From positions 89,034,001-89,098,000 of the forward strand of contig NC_045696.1 of NCBI RefSeq assembly GCF_009834535.1: 64,000 nucleotides of DNA. The letters are read 5' to 3'. A program made the position numbers and the translations under genes. Shown in pieces: positions 1 to 14,913 of the stretch (position 1 is the stretch's first letter; each line of letters starts with the position of its first letter). Under the pieces are notes generated by a model. The model saw only the letters and a program-made list of their open reading frames with translations, ran no database searches and was not told the DNA's origin. Source of the DNA: Camelus ferus (lineage: Eukaryota).

Positions 1-1188
1 GACACTTGAATGGGCAAATAAGGATGGTGAGAAGAGGTTTTAAATTCAAGCAGCAAAATCTCAAAGTGATAGGGGTTGCTTATGTTAAAAATGTCTTTGA
101 TCAGATGTACCTGATCCACACATTAATGTGTTTTAGGTAAACTTAAGAGCCTTAAAATGTTTATCAACATTCATTCCTAATTAAATTATTGCTTTTGGAA
201 ATCCAAAGTGTTGTTAGGGACCAAACAGTAACATTTTCTAACCCTTGTTATTCTGTGGTTTGTGTTAATTTATTTTAGGATTGTATTCGACTTTTGTGCA
301 GTCTTCAGTCTTGTCAGTCAAATCAGTTCTTGGATAAAAACTCTGAAACATGGTACTAGAACAGATATTACTGATATATTCCACCCTTATCAGACTGACG
401 GCATCATGTTCTGCATGTCTTTAAAATTGTCTTAAATTTTCTGTCAAACTTTCTCTTACTCTAATGCCAAAGTATCAATAATCTTACGTTCTTGAATTTT
501 GGTATAAAGGGAGCCTACTTTAAGTCAAATCCCTTTGATTTAGTTCCCTTTTTATTAACAGGGACTGGAGTTGTGGTGCTTTGTGGTAGGACTTTTTGCC
601 TCTCTGTCCATACAACCCTAAGTGCAAGCTCATTTGCTTTCCAGAAATTCCAAATTAGCTGTTGTTCTTAGATCACATCTGCAGTTCAGACTTCCCAGGT
701 CGGATTAGGGAATGCTCCTGCTCCTATAGATAACATGGCTGTAATCAGGACACCAGTTCTAAAATATTCCTAATGTCTTATCTGCTGAGAACAAATCTGA
801 GTAAGAAGATGCTTGGCTGTATTGTCAACTTATGATCAGAATCAGAATAGCATGATTAACTGTTGTGTGGGCAAAGAACATTTGGAGGGTATAATGGAGG
901 TATTCAGCTACACACTCACTGTAGACTGAAGTTGCACTGATTTAAGTACTAGTCACAACATAAATGCCATGTACGTTTTGGAATACATGTGTAAGTATTA
1001 GTAAGCACTGAAATGTGCCAAACATTTAATCTCACATTTGTGAAGTAGGTATTAACCCTTGCTTTTTGTAGATGAGGAGACAGACACTAAAGTGCTTGCT
1101 CAAAGCCATATATCTAGTATATGAAAGACCCAATGTATTCTTTAGAGTTCATCTGTCGTGCTACCTTTAAAGGATTTAAGCCAAGATT

Positions 1189-2732
1189 TTTATTAAATTA
1201 GAGTTTCTAATCTATGTCTAAGAACTACACTAAAAATTGAAGTGTTTTAGGTTTGACATTAATATTTTGTAACTTGCCAGTTTTTAGTAGACAAAAGTTT
1301 ATTTTTGGATACTTTCTATGTAGTGTGCATGAATACAGTCAAGGATACAAATAACTGATTCTTATAAATGCTGTTCTCTTTTGTATTTTTACCAGGAGGA
1401 TGAGATTGTAAAATTTAAAGTATATAATCTTGAAATATTTCTCAGGTTTATGTATAACAAAAGTATGTATTTTAATAAACTCATTTTGGTATTTTATTTG
1501 CATTGAGTGGCTTAATATAAGGTGCTCAAACTCAGGAGCAGTTGGTTGCTTTGGAATTTTCATATTGGCTATGGGCTATTATCTGTAACTCTTAAAGTTA
1601 ATACTAAGCTCTTCTACTCCATTGGTTATTAAAATATATTAATTCCATTCACCTCTGCGCTCACCAATATAAAAACGCTTGATTATATTATACTTCCCCC
1701 TGTTACTTTTCCCTTGTATAATCTTGATTTAAAACAACTAACCATGCTTGAGTTTTAGATCTTGTTTTATTTAAGTCCATGGTAATGTATTTACATTTTT
1801 AATAGCTATGTTATGATACAAACTGTCTTTGTTGGAGCTTTTAGTACTTTTAAACGATGGTGCACTGAATAAGGAGATAACTCTTAAATTCCTCAGGATC
1901 AGTATCTAGAAATTGAATAGCTAAGGCAAAGACTTTTGATTCAATACCAAAATTTCTTCTGAAAACCAAGTGGCTGCCAACTTATTTCCAGGAGCATTAT
2001 AATATTCTTGAACTAATAAGAGTGTAACACAGCAACAACAAAAAACCCTTGACAATCTGATGGGCACACAGCACTCTATCTTAATTTCCATTTATACTAA
2101 GAAATTAATCCTTATATGCTAGTTATTTCAGACAGTGTCTCAGTTTGCTGGCTCTTCTGCAAGCGTTTCAAGCACATCAGGTTTTAGAAAAGAATGTATA
2201 ATATTTAAGTTCTCATCCTTATAATTCAGAATGACTGGTTTAAAAAAAAATGTTCCCAGTCTGTGGGTTGTAAATAGTGATTATCTAAATTAAATTAGTC
2301 AGTTAAGTAGAATACCTTAACATTTTTACAACAGTAGTTGGCAGGCTTTTCCAGCGTGGGTCATAGGTCCAGGAAGATGTGCTTCAGGTCTTGGTACTGT
2401 GATCTACTTTAGAACTTTACTACTTATCAACATTTTTAAACTCTGCAGGTAGCAGTTTGGAACTAAGGGCAAGTTACCTGACCCTCCAGGCATTTTACTT
2501 TCTCCAAAGTTGTCTGCTTATAAAATTGTCAGATTCTTACAATCTCCTAGAAGCAGGTATAGAGAATATTTTATTGGACTTGTAGCATGTCTCTTAACAG
2601 CATAAAATGGTAACCAGTTACACGATCCAGTTTAGGAATATGTATTTTATACAATTTATAACTCTTTACAAATAGTAAAAATATGCTGAATCTATGCTGA
2701 TTCAATTTGAGGAATCTTAAGTATAAACAAAT
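1189..2732 (-). other. SMC4: SMC4 3'UTR with several candidate AATAAA signals (end approximate)
   Basis: AT-rich sequence after the stop; minus-strand AATAAA at 2575-2570, 1771-1766, 1498-1493, 1303-1298, 1194-1189. Confidence 0.6.
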
Positions 2733-2885
2733 TTAACAAAGTCCTTTAGATGCAATTTCTTTTGGGTTTACTGCAACACTTTTTGTTATATTGTATGTCT
2801 TGTAAATTCCAATAAGTCTATCTGAAATCTCAAACATATTATTTCGAAGAGAAATTATTATGAACTGGGCATTTTTTGTTTGTTC
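2733..2885 (-). CDS. SMC4: SMC4 exon 24 coding part
   Basis: [14 protein letters not shown]...KGLC*. Confidence 0.97.
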   Translation of the reverse strand, partial: EQTKNAQFIIISLRNNMFEISDRLIGIYKTYNITKSVAVNPKEIASKGLC

Positions 2886-5800
2886 CTAAAAAGAAAGAAA
2901 GAATAAATTAGAAAAAATAAGTAATATGTAAATCATAATAAATATCTAAGTTTTACTTCCCTGATACATTCTTGGGCAATAAATTCAACACTGATAATTA
3001 ACATGAACAAGAATGATGATAATAATTCATGAAACAGTATTTGGGTTTGAGAACAATTTGGGTCCTTGGTGGAAAAAAGATCTAGGAGGACTGGAGATTC
3101 TAGCTGTGTTTCTGCTACTAATTTACATTATCCATTTATATTTTACTTTTTCAAAATGGAACTATTTGGCTTATATAAACGACTTGGTCTCCTTTGATAC
3201 CATGAAACGTGGGATTAAAGAATAGGGGAAAAAAGCTCAAAAGAAGTCAAAGAATTCCATGTGTAATGTTTAGAGAAGCCATAAAATTTTCAGAATGAAA
3301 ACCTCTAAATGATTACTTACATATATGTAAAATGCAACAATGGACACATTTTTGAAATCAAGGGCTGCATCAATCTCATCCATGAAGTACAGAGGAGTGG
3401 GTTTGTAGTGGTGAAGAGCGAATACTAAAGCCAATGAACTAAGCGTTTTCTCTCCTCCTGAAAGGTTGAAGATCTTCTTCCAACTTTTCTTAGGTGGTCG
3501 AACACTGAAATAATTAAGAAAATCTCTTTATAAGTCAAATTACTCATAAAACTGAAGTGAAGACTTCATGATTTGTTTCCTATAACTGGCTTCTACCACC
3601 TTCTTTGGGAATCTCTAATTTGTATTTCACTGATTAAGCTTTTGGGGGGTTCTTTTATAACAATGTTATTGGAGGATGACATAAGAACACCTACCAAAAA
3701 TTTAAGATTTAAACAGCAGGCCAGCAAGTAATTCTTGCTACTCTTCCCCTGTTTCCAATGCAGTTTTTTGCTTTGTAATTTGAAAATCCTGATGTTAAAC
3801 TGAAATGGCTTGAAAATTAAAAGATGAACTAGACAAATATTCTGTAAAAGCAGGTATTTACAGTTTGCCTAGAATTGAAGCTGTAAACTGCCAAAATGTA
3901 ATCAAACTAATATTTATCGAATAAATCAAGTTGTAGACCTAACCTTCACATCCTACCCCTAAAAAATACTAAGTTTGGAGACTATGTAGAGGTATATAAC
4001 AGAAGGAGCCAAAAACTCAGCATATGTGTAATTACAAACCTGAACATGATTCCTTCAGAGAAAGGATCCAAGCTGTCTACAAGCTCCAGCTCAGCGTCAC
4101 CTCCCAAAGTAAGCATTTGGTAATTTTCCTTTAACTTATTTGTTATTACATAAAAACCTGCCATGAATTCATTAAGCCTTTGTTTCCGAAGATCCTCATA
4201 TGCCTGTCTAAAATTATCTCTTTCATTAGTAATTCTGTCCAATTCTGCTACCCGTTGTAAATATAACTCTTCCTATGAAAATATGAGAAAAACATCTGTT
4301 CAGTTATACATTTGAGATGAGAATTAACACTACTAATTATATAAAATTAAAGGCTACAATTTAGACTAAGGAGTAAAGAGACTTTCTGACCATTACACAT
4401 GAATAGATCATTCGTACCTTCTTTTTATACTCTGCAATGGCACCAAGGTTTGGTTTCATTTCATGACATTGAGCTTCCAAAAGCGCAATCTGATTTGTTA
4501 TAGAGTCTGGGTTTTTGATTGCTTCAAGATCCTCTGGGCTTAGAACTAAGATCTCTTCAACAGGATTATCTTCTATGGGATGCAATGATATTTTTGCAAT
4601 CTAAAAGTTTAATTTAGATGAGTGTTAGAAAAGGAACAATATTATAATTCATTGCTAAAAATAAAACCCCCCAAATTAATATGACAAATTACCTATCTAT
4701 TAGAACAACATATACTAAGAAGTGGTGATTAATCTGTGTATCAACTATTTTTCAAAGGACTTGAAGAAAAACAGTTGTAGTGTTCCCAAATGTTCAGATA
4801 GCCTTTTGTTAAATCCATTATCAGCCCTGGGGTGAAAATGTTGACTAATTCAAACCATTACCCATATCTTTCTGTATGTAATAACTATATATTGTTCATT
4901 ATGTCACCTATAAACCTGAGAAGTGATTATATATAATGAAATTAAGAATCACAACATACCTTAAAAACATACACAAAAACCCCAGCCAGCCCTTTTCCAA
5001 AAGAATATTTTAAAGTTACACTTAACAAACAGTAATAATTGGCTCACCTCTTTTTGCCAATATTTTATTTTAGAATTATGTTCACTAATGTGACCATCTA
5101 TTTGTTCGAGTTTCAACTTTATACTAAGTGCATCTTTCTGAAGAGCGTGTTCATGTTCTTGAATTACTTTTAGTTCTTGAAGTAGGTTACGATGTTCTTT
5201 CTGGATCTCTGGTAAGGACTCCTAAAAACCAAGAAGAGCTGCTACAGATGATCTTCCCAAATAGAACAGGAATTTTCACATTAGAAAGATGAAGAAATTA
5301 GCAATCTCTCCCCATTCCCCTTTCATTTAAAGTTAAAATGTTTTTATTTATAGAAAAGCTACAATACAGTATTCATTTCTACTGTACAGATAAGTTAATA
5401 TAGTTATGTTTTAACCTACTGAGTGTTTACTATGCAAGGTACTGGTGTCATCTATAACTTAGCTGCTTCAAATTCCATCCCCTCCCCCTTGTCTTACCTC
5501 TGCAGCATTTGTATTCTTTATGACCTCTGTTGCTTTGTCCTCAAGACTTTTGAGCTCTGCTGTTAAGTCATTTACTTCTTTCTCAGTATCTTTTATTTCT
5601 TTCTCTGTGCGAAAGACAGAGTCTTGTGCTTTTTTAAGATTTCTAAACAAGCAAAATGATGTATTAAAAATGTGGTAATGTGTGATTTGTTATACTGCTT
5701 CTGAAAACCTACCAAAGAACTTTTCAAGACATTAATGTGACATTTTTTCTATCAAAGATTTTAAAATTTATGATTTACTAAAATCCTTAAATTGTTTTTA

Positions 5801-8800
5801 TATGTTTATACATATACTTGTGGGATGTATATTTTATGAAACTCTCAGTATAAATTAATGCCTTATGTAACCTTTGCATATCATCCAATGTTAGACTATG
5901 AAGCAAAGTTGTTCACTGGATTATTATATTCTTGTCATTTTGTTATATGATTGGAGATTCTTAAGTATTGACACTCATGAAGATTTACCTTCAAATAAAT
6001 AAATACCTCTTGGTTCAAGTCAGGACAAACAAGTGCTGAAGGGGGGAGGAGCAGGGGATGGGATGACGATGACAATGACAAAACACACAACTATTTTTTC
6101 CCTTAAATAAAGTTACTTCTACTTTGATAATTGTTTAAGCAAAACAAATGGCTTATTAAGAGCCTTATCTCTGAACAAAAGACACTGCAGTAACTGAATA
6201 ATCAGACAATCAATGTGCAACCAATATAATAATTTTAAGACAAAAGAAACAGCTATTTACATTTCAACATTTTATATACATACTTAGCTTTAATTATTAT
6301 AGAAATACTTTAATACTCTAAAAATTAGTGAAAAACAAGATCTATTTTGAATGTACTAAAAACTTTTTGGGACAATGGAATAATCTGGTTAATTAAAAAT
6401 TTAAGTTATTAAGTCAATTTTGCTAAGAGATCTCATCTTTCTTATTCTCCTAAGACCTAGATCTGTTTAAATGAATCACCATCTACTCCTCTAAGCCAGA
6501 GAAACAAAGTTCTGATTTCTATGTTCTCCTAACAAGGGCGTTATATAACCACACTTTGCCAAGGCATACCTGTTTTTCAGTTTTAAAACACTGGTCAATG
6601 GTGTTTATTATAGGTGTCCACCTATTAAAATCCTACTAGGTAATAACACGTCAGAGAGGCTTAATAAGCAACAGTACCAGAAACATTTAATGGACATTAA
6701 ACATTAACCCCTTTTCAAATGTGGATGTAGGGAAGAGGAAGACAACAGTATGCATACTCTACCTGTCAGCAGTCTTGATTGCTACTTGGGCTTTAGTAAT
6801 AGCAGAAGCACATTCGTCTAATTGCTTATTTATTTTATCAAGTTTGTCTTGTTGGGCCTTAAGTTTATGGTTATTAATTTCTACGATGATATTGTGTAAT
6901 CTTTTAACCTCAGCTTCCACTTTACCAGCTCTCTCAGCCACATTGTCATATTCTGGGGGAAAAAAAAATTAATTCGTGTTTCTAGGCTAATAGGCATCAC
7001 GGATTAGATGTACATCTCTTCAATCAATATTACTTAACCTGATGCATACAAAAGAAATTTAAGATATCTGAGGAAACATATCTCAAAAACAAAACAAAAC
7101 ACAAAACCCACAATACCCTATGTCAAAACAAAAGGCACTGTAACAACACATGGTTAAATTCTCTGGCTAAGTTGTGAACATAATTCGTTTCTTAATGGGT
7201 GCATGCCCTGAAGCTCTTTTCAAAAAGATTCTTTAGGGTACTTTCTTGACTGTTGGTCTTAATGATTTTTACCCTTAGATAGGCTACGTGCCTAACTATT
7301 GCCCACGGTGCAGAAATTGTGGTTATTTTATTCTGCTAACCTAGAGTTCTACTCTTTATAACAAAAAAAGTGGGGGAGATAGAAGTGGCATTTTTCTCTG
7401 TGGCACAGAAAGCCGTAAGTTATACTCCTAGATTCCCGTGTACCTAGGGCTCACACATAATTTAGGTCCATTTAATCAAAAGAATTCACACAATTTGGAT
7501 GGCAAAAGTGATGAACTGAATATGTTTCTGCTGGTGGTCATGGAAAAGCTTGAGTTTTCTTGGTAGTGTTAGTGGCTCTAATGTTCACTCAAAAGCTTTG
7601 TGAATATTGACAGGCAGTGGCATTAACTCTGATGGTGTAGATTATAGTAGGTACAAATGTGCTTCTGCTGTTGTCAGTTGTAGTGTCATCTTCCCAATTT
7701 GAAAGATGACTTTTCCCACTGTAGAAGAGGCAGTATAGCTTGTTTGATGGCTCTGCAGAGTTGCTCTGGATATTCTTGAAGGTTCAACCTAAAATTTTTC
7801 TTAAGCCATCACAATTACTCTATAAACAATCTTACTCTCTTACACACACGCACTACACAAATCCTACTTACAACTGGCCAGAGTGGATCCTACTCTCCAT
7901 AGGTGAATCATAACCACTATATATATATACAGAAGGATGAGTAAATGTAAGTTCAAGCTATCAAGAATACCTAGAAAGGTAGAGAAACCGAGCCAACTTA
8001 TGCAATGAGATTCCCATAAAGCTCCTAATGGGAGGTATATAACATTTAGCATAGGAGAAAGGAGGTAGGGTTTGATGAGAGAAAAAGATTAGATAAAGGC
8101 TTAACTATTGCTTCCTCTCTTCTCTTCTGTTAGGTAGGTTGGAATTTCAGTATTCTCCAAATCTCACAACTGTTTATCTTTTTGTCTTAATTATCAGAGA
8201 ATTCTTTAGCCTGATATTTTGACCCATCTATTATTCATTTTCTGGTTTTAACATTATTATTTTAGTGGAGGTACTGAGGATTGAACCTAGGACCTTGTGC
8301 ATGCTAGGCATGCGCCCTACAACTGAACTATACCCACCACCCCAACCATCTATTGAGTTTAATTCCAACCTCTATTTTTTATACTTCTGAGATTACCGCT
8401 TGGCTCTTAAAAAAGCCAAGTAAAACAAAGCCTTGCCTTTTTTCGGTCTTCTGAATCTCCTTTTTTCCTAAGGATACTAAGATACTGTATTTATTGAAGG
8501 AGATTTTTGCTCACAGTGGTGACGTTCTCTGTGGCTGAAGTTCCATTAGGCTGCCTGTGTGCTTGGTTCCCTGCGCTCCCAGCTGCTGTGGAATCTGGCA
8601 CCATGACTTATACTGGGTGATGGGCCAGGTATGTAACTGGAAAGGGTTCAACCCTTTAAAACATCTTTTTCCTTATTTTTAACTATCTGCCATGCATAAA
8701 AAATTAAAAAAAAAAAATCTATAGTAGCATGTCTATTAGAAGTAGGAGGGAAAAACTGACATTACATAATTTGTAATTTTATACCACCTTGCTCCCCTTC

Positions 8801-11800
8801 TCTATACATTAGCCAGAGATTTTTAAAATCTAAATTAATATAAAATGAAGTATTTAATCTTAAAGCCACACTTGCAGAGATGGGCCTCCATGTTAGACAT
8901 TAACAGAGTCTACTAATAATAGCCAGCATTTCCACGAGAGGAGATATAAAGCCACAGATCCCTTTTCAAACAAGAATAAAATACAGATTTCTATAGTCTC
9001 TCTGTTAAAGTGTTGCTATAAATGACAAAGGTATGTACTTTGGTGTTTTAATTGACCAATAGATTCCATCAAAGCAGTCACAACAAATATTGTAGGTATT
9101 GTGGGGAAAGAGGAGTAGGGTGAAGTTCTTGCATCTGCAAGAACAAAATGTGGATCCAAAATAAATGCAAAGAAAAAAAATTCCTGTTAGATTATACCAC
9201 TTCCCTGTACATCACTCTTCAATGGCTTTCTATTTCACCTGGAGACATGGCCTGTAAGGCTCTATTCTCTGGATTCTTCCATCCTTTACTCTAACCACTC
9301 TGGCTTCCTTGTGTTCCTAGAAACTTCTGGCATACTCGTGCCTCAGGGGCTCTACTTGGTCCTCTCTATTCTTCTTGGAATGCTCTTCTCTCAAATATCT
9401 ATATCTGCACTCATATTTTTGGGTCTCTGCTCAAATACCCATAGCAGCGGCCTGTCTAACTGCTGCATCTATCTGGACTCCCCCATCTCCATCCCATCCT
9501 ATTTTCCTGGTTCCTAAGCAATGTATTTGTTTAGTTTTCCCATCTCCTAAGTGTGAGTTCCTTGAAAAGAGGGACTTCATTTTTTTCCCTGCTCGATCAA
9601 CAGCACCTAAAACAAAGCTTGGTCAGTAATAGATGCTACTTGAGTGAATGCCTCAAGATTAGAAATGCAGGTGAATATGACGACAAAAACTTACATTTGG
9701 ATAATTGCTCCAACTCCACTCCAACTAGTTCTTTGGGATAAACAATCAGTACTTGCCTTCTTTTGCATGGGTTCCAGAATCAAACTGCCTTGGTTCTGAA
9801 TTCCTATACCACCACTATATGCTGTGTGACCTTGGGCAAATTATATAAATCAGTCTGTCTCAGTTTTCTTATCTGTCAAATTAAGTACTTAATTTAATAA
9901 TTCTTTATAACTTTCTGAGAATGAAATAAAAACCATAAACAGAGTGGTCACTCGTATATAATATATGTAAGCTGCTACTTTTTATTCTACAAACTGCTAT
10001 GTTAAACATTTCAATTACAAACCTGTGTTTGACCATGGAGGGAAAAAGTCTGTACCCTTTATTAAACATACCTGTTTTGAAAGCACTAACATTTTCTTCT
10101 AGCAATTTCTGCTTTCTTTTGTCAGGGGCTGTAGCAAGAACATTAGCTTCAAGTTCCTTAACTTGGACATTCAAATATTCTTCTTGCTCCGATAAACGCT
10201 ACAGAAATGTTTCCACATGCAAGGTCAGTATTTTAACTTATTAACAGTAACATTTGCTTTACAGTTTAAATTAAAAAAAAAAAAGGCACTTAAAATCTTT
10301 AAGAAAAAGATGAAAACTAACAGGAAAGGGGCAGAAAACATGAATAATTAATATAAAGATTGAAAATGACCAACAAAACACATGAAATGTGTAAATTCAT
10401 TACAAAGATAAGTTAAAATGCCATTTTTTAGTATATCAGAGTAGCAAACTTCTACTGAAGAGAAGCTAGTGTTCAAAGACTTGGAAAAACTATTTGCATA
10501 TGCTATTAGCAGTAAATGCATAGGAACCATCTTTTTGAGACCAATTTGGCATTATGCAACAAATGCTTAAAACACTGTACACATACTGGGTAATTATAAT
10601 TTTAGGACTCTAACCTAAGGAAATAATTGGATGAGTGTATTAAGGTATGCCTAAAAAGGATATTTTAAACATAGCAGTGTACATAGTATCACAGAAAAAC
10701 ATTAAAAAAATTGTGGTACAAACAAAATATGCCAATGCATTTGCAAACAAAAGTACGTTTACACTGACTTGGAAAGAAAACCATAATTAGTAAGTGAAGA
10801 AAAGTTAGTATGAGACTTAAAAAATCCATATGCATATTTAATATGTATCTATTGTACCTTATACATAAACAAATACATGCAAACTAGACTATTTATACTA
10901 AAAGTTGAAGGATGTACATAAAAATTGAAGGTGATTAATTTTTGGGTATTTTCTAAAAACTGTTTTTTGGTTTTATTTTTTTAAAATTCAGTGGGCATGT
11001 ACTACTTTTTCATAATTAAGAGAACATTCTACTTTGAAAAGAGAATGAAATAAAGGGTCACACAGTTGTTAAGGGAAGACATATTTCTATGGAAGTACAA
11101 ATGGAAACCAGGAATAGCTGTGGCATTTATCCATTAGTACTTAAGGGAATAAAAACAACAGATAAGCCTTACACCTAGAGACCCACTCTCCACCTTCCCT
11201 TATACTTCAAAATTGTAAACAAATAGCAAAATGCTTCTGCCAAATTGCTGCTGAATTCCAATAGTTTCAGCTAATATTGATTAAAAAAAATTACCTGGAT
11301 GCTTGCAGTAAACTTTTCTAATGTATTCCTCATTTCTCGTTCACTATGCCTTAACTTAACTACTGCTTCTTCCAGTTGTACTTTCTGTTCCTGGATTTGC
11401 ACTGCTTTTTGAGAGTCTCTCTGCAACTGTAATTCCATTTTATTTACCTACAAAGAAAACCAATGAAATAATTTTACTCCAAGAGTCATTTCAAATTAAC
11501 AGCAAACTCAATTTATGAATGAAGAAAACCTGAACTTCTGATCCTGAACATTCTGACATTCTTTTATACTTGTGGGCAAATAAAACATTTTGAAATAAAA
11601 TATGGAAACATGCATCACAAGTCTTTGTTATATTTATACCTTAAAGAATTATTTTGAAATACAAAAGACAATTATGTAACGCAGCAGTATTTACGTAGAG
11701 ACAAATTAAATGTCAAACAGCAAGTGAATGGTTAAATAAATTATGGTATGATCAAAATGTCATAATAAAAAGATATATGTGTTGAACATACACTTTTTAA

Positions 11801-14800
11801 TTAACCTACTTTTAGAATTTTAAAGGGTTTTAAAATCCCACAGCATATATACTAGTCATTTAGAGAAAAAAATTCAATCTATTAATTGAAAATTGGATAC
11901 AGTACATTTAAAATGTCAGTTTTATAGTATGTTACATATCAATAAAGCTGCTTTAACCAAAAAACATCTTGACTGTAAGTTTGTATATGCTGACCTCTTC
12001 TTCGGAGATTTCAACAACAACTGATGAACCCATCCTTCCTTTCATTACTTTGCTTCCACCGCCAGTCATTGTCCCTAGAGAACAGAGGAGAGAAGTGAGA
12101 CTTAGATGCCTCTCCCAACAAGATTAAATAAACTCAATGGCAGAGGAAAAACCATTACCTGACTGTTCTATGATCTGCCCCTGTAATGTTACCACTCTCC
12201 ATCTTCTGTCTTTCTGATAAGCTACTCTTGTGGCTTGATCTAAGTTGTCAGCTACTAAGGTATCCCGTAAAGCAAAGTAAAATGCTTGGTGAATTTTCTC
12301 ATCTTTTACTTTTACTAAATCAAATAACCGAGGTGTATTTTCAGGAGTTTGAATTCTGGTCATTTTCTTTGCCCACACTGCCATCTAAAAGTTAAAATTA
12401 AAAAAAATTAAAAAAAAGTAAAAAAATAAAAATAAAAAATGTATAAAGAATATATCATTTCTTTTAGGTATCATTTATAGAATACATATGTATTAAACAT
12501 AAGGACATGTATATAAGGTTCTGAATATCTACATAATTTAGTATTACTTTACTTTTATTTTAAAAAAATTATGAAACTATTCACAGATGGCATGATCATA
12601 TATGTATGATATATATATCTACAAATCCTGAGGAATTCACACAAAAAACTATTGAAACTATTATGAATTCAGCAAAATTGCAGAATACAAGATCAATATG
12701 CAAAAATTACTTGTATTTCTATACACTAGGCAATAAATAATCTGAAACTAAGATTAAGAAAATTCCATTTATAATATATTAAAAAAAAAAACCCAAACAA
12801 AAAACAGGACACTCTTGACATTAAAGAAGAAAAGCAAAAGACTCTTGATTTCAAAGCTTACTACAAAGCTACAGTAATCGAGACTGTGGTACCAGTGCAA
12901 GGACAGACATACAGATAAATGCAGAGTCCAGAAATAAACTCTTACATTTATGGTCAGCTGACTTTTGACAAGGGGCACCAAGAAAATTCAATGGGGAGAG
13001 AATACAAATGGTGCTGGAACAACCAGATATCCACATGCAAAGAGTAGAGCTGGACCTCTACATTGTATCATAAAATTAACTTAACACAGATTAAAAGCCT
13101 AAATGTAAAACCCTAAGCTGTAAAAATCTTAAAGCAGGAGGTAAATCACTGCGTCACTGGATTACATAGTAGTTTCTAAGATATGACACCCAAAACACAA
13201 GCAACTAAAATAAATAGGACTTTTATCAAAATTAATTTTGTGCTTCAGAGGACACCATCAAGAATGTGAAAAGACAACCCACAGAATGGGAGAAAATATT
13301 TGCAAATCATGTATCTGACGAGACCTGTATCCAGAATAACAGAGAACTCTTACAACTCAACAGTAAGACAAATCAATTGGGAAAATGGGCAAAGGATCTG
13401 AATAGATATTTTTCCAAAGATAAAAGGCCAATAAATAAGCACATGAAAAGTTGTTCAATTTCATTAGTCATCAGGAAATGCAAATCAAAACCACAATTAG
13501 ATACCATATCACATCAAGTAAGATGGCTATAATCAAAACGATGTACAATAACAAGTGCTGGTGGGGATATGAAGCACATAGAACCCTCATAGACTGCAAG
13601 TAGGAAATGGTACAGCCACTGTGGAAAAGTTTAGCAGTTTCTCAGAAAATTAAACAGTTAACATGTGACCCATAATTCCACTCCCTAGGTACAAAAAAGT
13701 GAAAACATGTCTGCAGAAAAACTTGTGTATGTGAATGTTTACGGTAGCATTATCCATAACCAAAACATGGAAAACAACTCAAATGTCCATCAATTGATGA
13801 ATGAACAAAATGTGCTACATCATATAACAGAATAACATTCTGCAATAAAAAAAGAAATGCTGATACAACATGGATGAATTTTTGAAAACTAAGTCAAAGA
13901 AGACATACATAAAAACCTACATATTATATGATTCCACTTATATGAAATGTCCAGAATAGGTAAATCTACAGAGACAAAAAGTAGATTAGAGGTTGCAGGG
14001 TGATGGGGAGTAGAAGTAGGAATACTGACTGCTAAAGAATATGAAGTTCCTTTTTTTGAGGTGATGAAAGTATTCTGGAATTAGACAGTGGTCATGACTG
14101 AACAATCCTCTGAATGTACTAAAACCCAATGAATTGTATACTTTAATATAATGAATTTTATGGTTGTGAATTATATCTCAGTAAATGGTTCTTTTTTTTC
14201 CCCCCATAAACTACATTTATTAGAGAGGCTTATTGTTTAATAATCTTTGGGCATATTTATAAAATAAGACAATCACTGCCACTGCAGCTTTAATTTAATA
14301 GACAGCAGAAAAACTAGAGACACTTAGCCACATGAAATACAAATGAAAAACAGGTCTCGATAAAATTTGTTCCAAACATTAAGAATATAAAGATATTAGC
14401 ATCACCTCACACCAGTCAGAATGGCCATGATTAAAAAAATCCACAAACGACAAATGCTGGAGAGGATGTGGAGAAAAGGGAACTCCCTGAACACTACTGG
14501 TGGGAATGTAGTAACCGTGGGAAATGCATTCATTTTGGAAAACAGTATGGAGAGTCCTTAAAAAACTAAAAATAGACTTACCATATGATCCAGCAATCCT
14601 ACTCCTGGACATATATCTGGAGGGAACTCTAATTCGAAAAGATACATGCACCCCAATGTTCATAGCAGCACTATTTATGATAGGCAAGACATGAAAACAA
14701 CCGAAATGTCCATTGACAGATAACTGGATAAAGAAGTTGTTGTATATTTATACAATGGAATACTACTCAGTCATAAAAAATGCCATTTACAGCAACATAG

Positions 14801-14881
14801 GTGGACCTGGAGACTGTCATTCTAAGTGAAGCCCGAAAGAGAAAGAAAAATACCATTTGATATCACTCATATGTGGAATCT

Positions 14882-14913
<32 letters not shown>

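Noticed and set aside
49..55. miR-15/16 seed match (TGCTGCT on the minus strand) as SMC4 autoregulation
   Set aside because: About 2.7 kb past the stop and beyond all candidate poly(A) signals; a single 7-mer is expected by chance
6721..6972. Plus-strand hydrophobic ORF (also 9999-10244, 12186-12395, 34821-35066)
   Set aside because: Antisense shadows of SMC4 exons
13266..13532. 88-aa [18 protein letters not shown]
   Set aside because: Decayed L1 ORF2 remnant, not a host gene
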